DNA of 19,563 nucleotides from Elusimicrobiota bacterium (GCA_046153645.1 JBJXGI010000038.1:1-19563); one strand, 5' to 3'. Shown: positions 1 to 10,426, counted from the first letter of the stretch. Translations and numbers: made by a program. The notes: a model not told the origin generated them from the letters alone.

Positions 1-2
1 TG

Positions 3-3000
3 CCCTGTCAAACTATTCATTTAGAACGATTAAAACAGGCGCTTTTAATAGAAAGGTCTATTGATTTTAATAAAGTTGAAAAAGAACGGACAAAATTAAT
101 TTCTGACTTTGCCAAACTCGCGCGTTCTGCTGAGATGAGTGAAATATTAGCAGCCTCGACTCTTTTAAAAACAGGAAAAATTTCAGCTATCTCCTATTAT
201 GAATTCTTAAAGAAAATTTGTAATGAACGGAAAATTAATATGGCGCGTTTTCCCATGTTAAACCAATACATTGAATACCTTTCAAAAATTGAAAATATTG
301 ATCATACCGCTGTTTTCCGAGAACTTGTGGATCATCAGAATAAAATAGAACAAGCACTTTGCCGCACAAAAGAACAAAAATTAATCGTTATCCTTCAGAA
401 ATCTGTTTTTTTATTGAGAAAGTTATCTGAACACGCCTTAACTGAAGGTCAATGGAATCAATTGCAAAGCCTTAAGCCTGAAATATTAAAAATACTCGCT
501 GAGGTTCCAGCTGTATATAGCAGTTTACCCTCATCCTGGAATGACATGTTAGACCGTTGGAAGTTTTTTGAAAGTTTTTATACCAGCGCGATTAAAAGAA
601 ATACCTCTATGGCCAATAATTTTACAACCGCTGCCAATAAATCAAAAATCTCAATCCTTGTTGTGGGAGGTTTTCATTCGAGTGAAATGAAGGATATTCT
701 TATTAAAAATGGGTTTAATGTTTTAATTGCTTCGCCCAAAATAACCCATGTGTTAACAAAAGGTCCTTCGTCCCTTGATTACTTAGTGCGGAATCATTTG
801 CCATTAAATCAAGTTTTTGTTGGAGAAAAATTATTCATCCCAACTCCCATGGTAACAGCGTGGTCTCCACTTAGCAAAACCCGCGCTTTTGAATTAATGC
901 GCGCGTGTTATGACTTTCTTATAAAAATAAGCTCACCTGCTCAAAATGAAATAACACGCGTTATTAATCGCTTAAAAATAACTTTATCGACAAAACCGCC
1001 ATTTAAAAAATCATCTGCTTTAACAATTCCCATTAACATAGAAGATAAGCCTAATTTTCTAACAGTCAGTTCAAAAGATGTTTATATGGGATGGCCTCGA
1101 TTTGTTGCTTCAACCATTATTATTGGGGCTCTTGGATATGTGGTTCGACCAACATTCTTTTTAACTGTAAATGATTTTTTATATTGGGGAATAATCGGAG
1201 GAACATTTTTGAGCATGGTCGCCATAAAAGAATTCACTCATTTGCTTGGTGCTCGATATGAAGTAAAAAATGAAATAAACGCATTTAAAGAAGTTATCCG
1301 ATCTCTACGAGAGCGAAATATCCCCATTCCTTCTCTGAGTCCTAAACAAAAGCGCGACTATATTGAATCGTCTCCGTATGTTGGTGATCAAAAAGTTCGA
1401 GCCCTGTTTTTAGAAAACAATCCTAGTTTTAATGAGCCTCCTCCACTAGCGGAAGATTTATCGACAATCGACTTGGCGCTTTTTCTCTATGATGGTGGTG
1501 TCATGAGCTGGAGACATTTTGTTCAAGTTTATGAAAGGAAAATGGAAGTTAAACTACCTTATTGGAATTTAAAATCTTTGGCAGTAAAAAACACCTCTGG
1601 CTCTTCACGTATTATTTGGATGGGGGAATTAGCATTCTTTTTAATGGGAACAATGGCTTTATTCACATTATCTATCGTCCAAAAAAATTATTTATTTTTA
1701 TGGCTGATATTGCCACTGGCCTTGATAACAATTTTAAATAATCAAACAATCACAACATTAAGAAGTCATATTTCCTCTGATAAAGAATTACAGTCAATAG
1801 ATGTTATTCCTTCACTTCAAGTTGTTTCTCGATTGATTTATTTGGTGTTTATTGCAGCTATTGGATGGGCCATTGATTTATCTATTGCGGGATTTATTTG
1901 GGCCTATGGCCTTGCCTTGGCAGCAATTATAATTGAAAGGGTTTTACAATTCCTAAAAGCGGATATTGTTGAAGGAAGTGATAACTCCAAATGGCAATGG
2001 TCTTATTTGTTTACTTCAATGAATACGGTTCAGTCATGGATGTCTGTTTTGTTGGGACAAGCTGTTTTTTGGTTTATTAGTTCCATTGGTATTGGAATGA
2101 TTGTGTTTGGCCAGTTTGGAACATTAGAACCGGTTGCCCCTCGGATGATTGTGTGGGGGGTTATAACACTGCTGGCTTTTTTACCTTTCACCTCATTTAT
2201 TGGTGAATCTGTTAGAGATTTTAGAAATGAAATATCAGCTTATTTTCAAAAACCACTTTTACTTAAAAAAGACACCGACGAAACGGCTCACCATGATGGA
2301 TTAATGCCTTCATTTCAGACTCAACCCGTTGAGGAGGCCCCTTTTCTTCAGTTGGGAGGCTTCTCTCGTGCGGTAGATAAGATTTTGGATGAAACTTTAT
2401 CTCTCATAAGAGTTCATGGACCTGAATTAGATCGAAATATCCCGGCAGGACAATCAGCAAAATATTTTATTTCCATAGAGAGATTTCTCCAAGTTTCAGA
2501 GAAAATGAATCAATCAGAATTAATAGCTTTTCTTTCTTCAGTCGAAACGGCCCCTTCTCTTTTTTCAATCCTGATTGAACAACTCCTCAACAAAATTCCA
2601 AAAGGGAAAAAAGCAACTGCTTTTTGGAAAAAAGTTGTTCCTTTGTTTTTAGAAGAAGCGCGTCCTTCTCTGGGGCAAGCGCTAGAAATTATTGTGGGCC
2701 ATCGTCCATCTGAAGATGATCCTTTGCGAGCTCCCGCTGATTTTGAATTTACGCTCCTTATTGGTTTTATTCTCTCTAATATAAATCGACCTGATCTCTA
2801 TCGATTTTTAAGTGATCCTGTGGTGGAATCAAATCCACTATTCGCTCATTGGCTAAAAATTGCTTTCAATAACGTAAATTTATCTTGGAAACTATCCACT
2901 GAAACAACGGAGGCAATCGTTCCTTTGGGACGTGTTATAGATGATAAATTGCAATTGGTCGTTGACCTTCATGCTGACACGATAAGCCCGCCTTCTCCAA

Positions 3001-5384
3001 ACCCAGATCATGACGAAAATGAAAAACGTTTCAATGAGTTATTGCTCGTGATAAAAAGAATTCAAGATCTTCTCAACAAAACTAAAGAACAAGCACAAAA
3101 AGACGTCGATAAAATTGTTACTAAAAACCCTGCCCTTAATAAACTCGAGGTGCCTGATCAAACCTATACCAATCTTTATATTGAACAAATCGCACTGAAA
3201 ATTTGGCAGGAGTTAAATAATTACTGGACTGGTCATTTTCACCCAAGCGAACTTCTCTCTTCCTATGTCCCTATACAACAACTCATTGAAGGTGATGAAG
3301 GCCTGTTAATCGATTTGCGGGGTTATGCTCAGTTTTTAGCTAATCAACACATAAGAACCCAGGCGATTGGCGTGGATATGAAAGATGCTCTCATTGATGC
3401 ATTCTTACCAAGTCAAGAAAGACTTGAAATTAAGATTTTACGTGAAATGTTCTCTTATAGACCACAAACAGGCTCAAAAACAATTGAAAACCGACTCTCC
3501 GCTCTCACTGGTAATAGCGGAAGAGATTTCATGTCTGACGTTGGTGCTTATCCAACCCAAAAAATAAAATTGTTTGAGATATCAAAACCAGAAGATAACC
3601 ACCCTGCTCAAATTGAACCAGATGAAGTTCAAGTTGAAGTACCGGAGGAGGAAGACGACGGTTACCCGGATGTTTTTAGATCAAGTCCACCACCAGGAAA
3701 ACCAGCCAGTTCCGATGCCTTAGGTTTTGAAACTAAGAGCGAAGCATTTGAAGCGGCGGCCAAAAGTTTAAAAAATACTATTAAGTTATTGACTACAATA
3801 ATTAACAATAAACAGACACCATCTGTTCTTCAGATTACTCAACAGGTGAATGATTCGTTGCTTCATATTTCTGTTTTTCTGTCGCGCTTTAATCCACCTG
3901 GAAAATATTTCCCAATAAAAGATGATGAAGATGAAAGACGCAAAGAACTCACAACTCTTTCTAATCGTTTATTTGAGCAATTGAAGAAGAGCGCGGAATA
4001 CTTAAGTTCGATAAATCCTCCTTCGCAAAAAGAAACTATTTTAAGAGAGTTTCTTTTATGGAAAGCGGCAGAGGCATCACCTTCAATTTATAATCTACTC
4101 TCTGATGTTGTTTCACCTGAAATATTGCCTGTGTATGATGAACCTGTTGCCCTTCGTAACAATGTTCATTTTTCTCTTCAAAAGGTGTTGGAGGCTTTTT
4201 TAAGAATTCATTCGTCTATCTCCGATCCAACTTATTTCGTTCGCGCATTGATGCCTGTCATATTAAGTTCTTCAGCGTTTTTTGAAAATGTTCTCATTAA
4301 GATGGGATATCAACTAAAGAGCCATAATCCATGGAAAAATGTTTTAAATCAATTCGGCGAGACTCATTTAAATCTTAAAGGTATTACAATTGATTTAAAA
4401 GTAATTGAGGGCCCTTCAGATTTATGGGGGGGGAAATTATTTTTAACTTATAAAACAGGGGTTTCCTCTTACACGATTTATACAAATAAAGACGCTGTGA
4501 AAGAACTTATGCGTGACGTGGCTATTATTCAAGCCCATGACCAAACACTCAGTGTTATTCGAAATGAAGAAACTCTTAAAACACTGGTTTTAAAAAACTG
4601 GTTGCTTCATGAAATTGGTGAAGCGGTTTTTGGTATTGAGCATCACCGTTTAATTGAGGCAGGTTTGGGAGCCATTGTTGATATTCAAGACTCTTTGGGA
4701 AACGAAGCTTTTTCAATAGAACGGCAAGTAGCAATTTTTGAGGAATTAATAAGCGAGGTTTCACCGCTTCGAGCGCAATTTCGTTCTCCCATCATGGCAA
4801 ATTATCATAATGAATCAGATTTAGAATTGAGTCGATATCTCACCATTTCAGATTTAATTAAAACGGAAGTTAATAAGACTCAAGATCCCGTTTTTATTCA
4901 TAGGACAGCCACCGTCATTCATATAAAAGAACTTATACAGTCATTAAAATCAACATCGAAGGGGAAAATTGTCCTTCCATTTATCGGTTTTCCATCAGAA
5001 ATCGAAGACAAAATAACATTAGCTCTTAACAGCAAAGACAATCAAACAAGTGAGGCCGGTTTATATCTAAAACAAATGATGGCTTCAGGAGGGCTAATTT
5101 TTGAAACATTGGCTAACTACACTGAGAAAATAGACGTGGAAAATTTTTCCAGAAAAAATATTATCGACATGGCTATCCTGCATTATTTACTGGCCAAAGT
5201 GAAAGGACACTCTTCATCATTCAACGGGCAAATTCATATTCTATCTAGCGAAAAACTTATTATTCAAGGGAACGCTTTAAGCGATTTTATTATTGAAATT
5301 ATGATACCCATCGATATTCGCCTTTTGAGTAAAGATCAGCAGTATCAAAGAGACTATTTGCTCTTCATACAAACTCACGCCTAA
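3..5384 (+). CDS. Very large multi-domain membrane protein, 5'-truncated by the window (>=1793 aa), function unknown
   Basis: The frame of ORF 135..5384 stays open back to position 3 (PCQTIHLERLKQALLIERSIDFNKVEKERTKLISDFAKLARSAE-M), so the ATG at 135 is probably internal. It has a soluble N-terminal part with KRNTSM...ILVVGGFH, about 8-9 hydrophobic segments at nt ~1090-2205, an acidic/Pro linker at ~3590-3710 and an HEIGE...HH motif at 4608-4646. Ends at TAA. Confidence 0.85.
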   Translation, partial: PCQTIHLERLKQALLIERSIDFNKVEKERTKLISDFAKLARSAEMSEILAASTLLKTGKISAISYYEFLKKICNERKINMARFPMLNQYIEYLSKIENIDHTAVFRELVDHQNKIEQALCRTKEQKLIVILQKSVFLLRKLSEHALTEGQWNQLQSLKPEILKILAEVPAVYSSLPSSWNDMLDRWKFFESFYTSAIKRNTSMANNFTTAANKSKISILVVGGFHSSEMKDILIKNGFNVLIASPKITHVLTKGPSSLDYLVRNHLPLNQVFVGEKLFIPTPMVTAWSPLSKTRAFELMRACYDFLIKISSPAQNEITRVINRLKITLSTKPPFKKSSALTIPINIEDKPNFLTVSSKDVYMGWPRFVASTIIIGALGYVVRPTFFLTVNDFLYWGIIGGTFLSMVAIKEFTHLLGARYEVKNEINAFKEVIRSLRERNIPIPSLSPKQKRDYIESSPYVGDQKVRALFLENNPSFNEPPPLAEDLSTIDLALFLYDGGVMSWRHFVQVYERKMEVKLPYWNLKSLAVKNTSGSSRIIWMGELAFFLMGTMALFTLSIVQKNYLFLWLILPLALITILNNQTITTLRSHISSDKELQSIDVIPSLQVVSRLIYLVFIAAIGWAIDLSIAGFIWAYGLALAAIIIERVLQFLKADIVEGSDNSKWQWSYLFTSMNTVQSWMSVLLGQAVFWFISSIGIGMIVFGQFGTLEPVAPRMIVWGVITLLAFLPFTSFIGESVRDFRNEISAYFQKPLLLKKDTDETAHHDGLMPSFQTQPVEEAPFLQLGGFSRAVDKILDETLSLIRVHGPELDRNIPAGQSAKYFISIERFLQVSEKMNQSELIAFLSSVETAPSLFSILIEQLLNKIPKGKKATAFWKKVVPLFLEEARPSLGQALEIIVGHRPSEDDPLRAPADFEFTLLIGFILSNINRPDLYRFLSDPVVESNPLFAHWLKIAFNNVNLSWKLSTETTEAIVPLGRVIDDKLQLVVDLHADTISPPSPNPDHDENEKRFNELLLVIKRIQDLLNKTKEQAQKDVDKIVTKNPALNKLEVPDQTYTNLYIEQIALKIWQELNNYWTGHFHPSELLSSYVPIQQLIEGDEGLLIDLRGYAQFLANQHIRTQAIGVDMKDALIDAFLPSQERLEIKILREMFSYRPQTGSKTIENRLSALTGNSGRDFMSDVGAYPTQKIKLFEISKPEDNHPAQIEPDEVQVEVPEEEDDGYPDVFRSSPPPGKPASSDALGFETKSEAFEAAAKSLKNTIKLLTTIINNKQTPSVLQITQQVNDSLLHISVFLSRFNPPGKYFPIKDDEDERRKELTTLSNRLFEQLKKSAEYLSSINPPSQKETILREFLLWKAAEASPSIYNLLSDVVSPEILPVYDEPVALRNNVHFSLQKVLEAFLRIHSSISDPTYFVRALMPVILSSSAFFENVLIKMGYQLKSHNPWKNVLNQFGETHLNLKGITIDLKVIEGPSDLWGGKLFLTYKTGVSSYTIYTNKDAVKELMRDVAIIQAHDQTLSVIRNEETLKTLVLKNWLLHEIGEAVFGIEHHRLIEAGLGAIVDIQDSLGNEAFSIERQVAIFEELISEVSPLRAQFRSPIMANYHNESDLELSRYLTISDLIKTEVNKTQDPVFIHRTATVIHIKELIQSLKSTSKGKIVLPFIGFPSEIEDKITLALNSKDNQTSEAGLYLKQMMASGGLIFETLANYTEKIDVENFSRKNIIDMAILHYLLAKVKGHSSSFNGQIHILSSEKLIIQGNALSDFIIEIMIPIDIRLLSKDQQYQRDYLLFIQTHA

Positions 5385-5415
5385 CGATTATTCTTCAGTA
5401 CCACTATTCTCTTAA

Positions 5416-5442
5416 TTAGCACTCTCATGCGTCGCTTGACAA
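5416..5442 (+). promoter_or_regulatory. Degenerate CIRCE element 1 (HrcA operator) overlapping the -35 box
   Basis: TTAGCACTC-tcatgcgtc-GCTTGACAA versus the consensus TTAGCACTC-N9-GAGTGCTAA: left arm 9/9, right arm 5/9. Lies upstream of groES. Confidence 0.65.
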
Positions 5443-5464
5443 GAATAAAATTCTGTTCTACAAT
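5436..5464 (+). promoter_or_regulatory. sigma70/sigmaA-type promoter of groESL
   Basis: TTGACA (5436-5441), a 17-bp spacer, then TACAAT (5459-5464). Confidence 0.85.
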
Positions 5465-5550
5465 CTCGCCATTCTTAAGTATCTAAGAATGAAGTTTCAT
5501 TACCCATCCTATTTGCATCGCTTCTTGGATGGTTTTTTTAGATCTTAAAT

Positions 5551-5577
5551 TTAGCAGTCTAATCTTGGAGGTGCCAA
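5551..5577 (+). promoter_or_regulatory. Degenerate CIRCE element 2 overlapping the groES ribosome-binding site
   Basis: TTAGCAGTC-taatcttgg-AGGTGCCAA: left arm 8/9, right arm 6/9, correct 9-bp spacer. Overlaps the SD GGAGG at 5567-5571. Confidence 0.65.
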
Positions 5578-5579
5578 TT

Positions 5580-5897
5580 ATGGCAGAAGCAGTATTAACC
5601 GGAGTGAAAATCACTCCACTTGGAGACAGAGTTCTCGTTAAACCAGCCGAAAAAGAAGAAGCCCGCAAAAGCGGAATTATTATTCCTGATACAGCCAAAG
5701 AAAAACCACAAGAAGGGAAAGTGGTTTCAGTGGGCAAAGGTAAAACCACTGATGACGGCAAATTGATTCCTATGGAAGTCAAAGCCGGCGATAAAGTGCT
5801 CTATGGAAAATATTCCGGTACCGAAATCAAAATTGACGATCAAGATCATTTAATCCTTGGCCAAGATGATATTTTGGCGATCGTTTCATCTAAATAA
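5580..5897 (+). CDS. groES: Co-chaperonin GroES (105 aa)
   Basis: PLGDRVLVK, mobile loop [33 protein letters not shown] and DILAIV. Start moved to the ATG at 5580, 8 nt after GGAGG. Confidence 0.98.
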   Translation: MAEAVLTGVKITPLGDRVLVKPAEKEEARKSGIIIPDTAKEKPQEGKVVSVGKGKTTDDGKLIPMEVKAGDKVLYGKYSGTEIKIDDQDHLILGQDDILAIVSSK

Positions 5898-5902
5898 TAT
5901 AG

Positions 5903-7561
<1,659 letters not shown>

Positions 7562-7608
7562 AACCCTTCAGAAAAAGATAGAACTAGCGCTGTAAAAAGC
7601 CTATAAGG

Positions 7609-7644
7609 CTGGGGTGGTCATCATTGGCCACCCCGGTTTTTTTT
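7609..7644 (+). terminator. Rho-independent terminator after groEL
   Basis: CTGGGGTGGTCA-tcat-TGGCCACCCCGG forms a 12-bp GC-rich stem (2 G-U pairs), followed by T8 at 7637-7644. Confidence 0.9.
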
Positions 7645-7654
7645 ATGTGCAACT

Positions 7655-10426
7655 ATGGAAACCATTGAATCCCCTATAGATAAAATTTACGATCCAAAAC
7701 TGGTTGAATCCCATTGGTATGAACTTTGGGATCAAGCCGGGTATTTTCAGCCATCTAACGATCCTCGAACGCACACCATTGTTATTCCTCCACCTAATGT
7801 CACCGGTGCTCTTCACATGGGGCACGCACTGAATGCAACCTTACAAGACATTTTGACTCGTTATTACCGCATGAAAGGATGGGCGGCTTTATGGGTTCCA
7901 GGGACAGATCATGGAGGAATTGCCACCCAAAACGTAGTTGAAAAATTATTAATGAAAGACAAACTGACTCGTCATGATTTGGGACGAGAGAAATTTTTAG
8001 AAAGAATGTGGGCATGGCGTAAAGAAGCAGGAGATAACATCCTCGGTCAATCTAAACGCCTAGGGACTTCTCTCGATTGGACCCGCGCCCGATTTACCAT
8101 GGATGATGTTTGTTCAAAAGCGGTTCGACACGCTTTTGTAGCGCTTTATCATCGAAAACTTCTCTATAGAGGGAAAAGACTCGTTAATTGGTGTCCTCGG
8201 TGCAGCACCGCTTTGGCTGACATTGAAGTAGAACACCAGGATAAAAAAGGACATTTGTGGCATATTCGTTATCCTTTGAACCTCGATTCAAATAAACCTT
8301 CCATTAAAAAAACTAAATCAAAAGAGCCTTCTGTTCTTGATTTGGGATATATAGTTGTAGCGACAACTCGTCCTGAAACTTTACTGGGAGATACCGCTGT
8401 TGCTGTTCATCCCAAGGACAAACGTTATAAAGATGTTATTGGTCTTAAAATAAAACTTCCTTTAACCAACCGGGAAATCGCCATTGTTAGCGACGTCAAT
8501 ATTGATAAATCTTTTGGTTCAGGTGCTGTTAAGGTAACGCCGGCGCATGACCCTGTCGATTTTGAAATTGCCGAACGAAATAACTTGCCACATATAACAG
8601 TTATTGGATTTGATGGGAAAATGACCGTTGACGCAGGCGCCTCTTATGCGGGACTTGATCGGTTTGACGCCCGAAAAAAGGTTCTTGAAGATTTGGAATC
8701 ACAAAGACTCTTAGAAAAAACAGAAGATTACAATCTCTCTGTTTCTGTTTGTTACCGTTGTGACAATATTATTGAGCCTTTGGAATCTGAGCAGTGGTTT
8801 TTATCTATGAAAGATATGGCCAAAAAAGCGCGCGAAGCCAATAAAAAAGGGAAAGTTCGAATTGTTCCAGAAAGTTGGGAAAATCCCTATCAATTATGGT
8901 TGAGAAACCTGAAAGATTGGTGTGTATCTCGTCAGATTTGGTGGGGACATCGAATTCCTGTTTGGTATTGTCTAAAAAAAGATGAAACAGGGAAAATGGT
9001 TACAACAGGTTGCGCTCCTATTGTAACGTTGGAAGATCCAATAGAATGCCCCGCCTGTAAAAATAAAAATATCGCACAAGATTCCGATGTGTTAGACACT
9101 TGGTTTTCTTCAGCCTTATGGCCATTTTCGGTATTTGGTTGGCCAGATGAAACAATTGATTTAAAAAAGTTTTTCCCTACATCGACTTTGGTTACGGGGC
9201 ATGAAATCCTTTATTTATGGGTGGCTCGAATGATTATGTTTGGGCTTGAGTTTCATGGAAAAGTTCCTTTCACAAAAGTTCTTATTCATGGAATTGTTCG
9301 CGATAAAAAAGGTCGAAAAATGTCCAAATCTCTTGGTAACGTCATTGATCCACTTGAACTGATTAATGAATTTGGAGCGGACGCAGTTCGTTTTTCATTG
9401 GCACAATCAGCGGCTCCTGGCCGAGATATGCAAATTTCTAAAGAAAATTTTATCAGCACTCGAAATTTCTCAAATAAAGTTTGGAATGCCACTCGATTTG
9501 CTCTCATGAATTTATCTGATGTCACTCACGTGGAACCCGTGAATTCATGGTGGGAAAAAACAGAATTATCAGACAAATGGATTTTATCTCGATTGTCCCA
9601 GGTTATTCAGTCCACCTCTGAATCAATCGAAAAATTTGATTGTGACGCGGCCTCTCGTGGTCTTTATGATTTTTTCTGGTCTGATTTTTGCGATTGGTAT
9701 TTAGAACTCATAAAACCTCGCGTTGATCGAGCACATTATTCCGATCATTCTGTTTCAACTCAGTCCACACACGCCGCCAAACAAACCCTAGCGACTGTTT
9801 TGGATGTGGTACTTCGACTTTTGCATCCTTTTATGCCTTTTATTTCAGAAGAGCTTTGGTCAAAAATTCCTAAATACAGTGGCGAAAAATCGAAACATCT
9901 TATTGTGGCGTTGTGGCCGGAAATCTTAAAAATTCCGCATTTTGAAAATCATTTAAAATCAATGGGACTATTTCAGGAAATTGTTACTAAGCTTCGCAAC
10001 ATTAGAAGTGAAATGGGGATTCCTATTTCTCAAACAATTGAAGTCATAGTGAAGTCTGATGATGAAGAAGTTATAGGTCTTATTAAACAACATCAAATTG
10101 TTTTGAAAACTTTAAATACAAAGGTTTCTTCAATAAAAATAAATGCTCAAATTGAACGACCAGCATCTTCTGCAGCCGCCGCCGTTCCTGGGGCCAGTCT
10201 GTTTGTTCCACTATCCGGACTCATTGATTTCTCAAAAGAACGAATGCGTCTTGAAAAAGAAAAAGAAACAATCAATCAAGAACTAGATCGAATTTCAAAA
10301 AAATTATCCAACCAAGATTTTGTTTCTCATGCGCCCGCTGAAGAAATTCAAAAAGCCCAAGACCGTTTAATCGAGGCGAAAGAACGCCTCAAACGTGTTG
10401 AAGAAAATATTCGAACTCTTTCATAA
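7655..10426 (+). CDS. valS: Valine--tRNA ligase (923 aa)
   Basis: PPPNVTGALHMGH (HIGH), GTDHGGIATQ, ATTRPET editing motif, VKVTPAHD, DWCVSRQIWWGH, DVLDTWFSS, KMSKS and a C-terminal coiled-coil tRNA-binding arm. Confidence 0.99.
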   Translation: METIESPIDKIYDPKLVESHWYELWDQAGYFQPSNDPRTHTIVIPPPNVTGALHMGHALNATLQDILTRYYRMKGWAALWVPGTDHGGIATQNVVEKLLMKDKLTRHDLGREKFLERMWAWRKEAGDNILGQSKRLGTSLDWTRARFTMDDVCSKAVRHAFVALYHRKLLYRGKRLVNWCPRCSTALADIEVEHQDKKGHLWHIRYPLNLDSNKPSIKKTKSKEPSVLDLGYIVVATTRPETLLGDTAVAVHPKDKRYKDVIGLKIKLPLTNREIAIVSDVNIDKSFGSGAVKVTPAHDPVDFEIAERNNLPHITVIGFDGKMTVDAGASYAGLDRFDARKKVLEDLESQRLLEKTEDYNLSVSVCYRCDNIIEPLESEQWFLSMKDMAKKAREANKKGKVRIVPESWENPYQLWLRNLKDWCVSRQIWWGHRIPVWYCLKKDETGKMVTTGCAPIVTLEDPIECPACKNKNIAQDSDVLDTWFSSALWPFSVFGWPDETIDLKKFFPTSTLVTGHEILYLWVARMIMFGLEFHGKVPFTKVLIHGIVRDKKGRKMSKSLGNVIDPLELINEFGADAVRFSLAQSAAPGRDMQISKENFISTRNFSNKVWNATRFALMNLSDVTHVEPVNSWWEKTELSDKWILSRLSQVIQSTSESIEKFDCDAASRGLYDFFWSDFCDWYLELIKPRVDRAHYSDHSVSTQSTHAAKQTLATVLDVVLRLLHPFMPFISEELWSKIPKYSGEKSKHLIVALWPEILKIPHFENHLKSMGLFQEIVTKLRNIRSEMGIPISQTIEVIVKSDDEEVIGLIKQHQIVLKTLNTKVSSIKINAQIERPASSAAAAVPGASLFVPLSGLIDFSKERMRLEKEKETINQELDRISKKLSNQDFVSHAPAEEIQKAQDRLIEAKERLKRVEENIRTLS

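Noticed and set aside
135..137. ATG 135 as the start of the giant ORF
   Set aside because: The frame is open to the window edge and the upstream 44 codons read like protein. There is no convincing SD, so the start probably lies outside the window.
4426..4433. G8 tract in the giant ORF as a phase-variation site
   Set aside because: It is explained by Trp-Gly-Gly codons, the frame is intact and the tract is borderline in length. Read-level length variation would be needed.
5529..5579. Longer N-termini in the ORF track for groES (5529), the regulator (10451) and the oxidase (19308)
   Set aside because: The extensions overlap regulatory sequence or mnmA and lack family-like sequence. The downstream ATGs fit the SD or gene coupling better.
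7562..7654. T-box riboswitch upstream of valS
   Set aside because: Only 93 nt are available, with no T-box consensus or Stem I. The hairpin is best explained as the groEL terminator.
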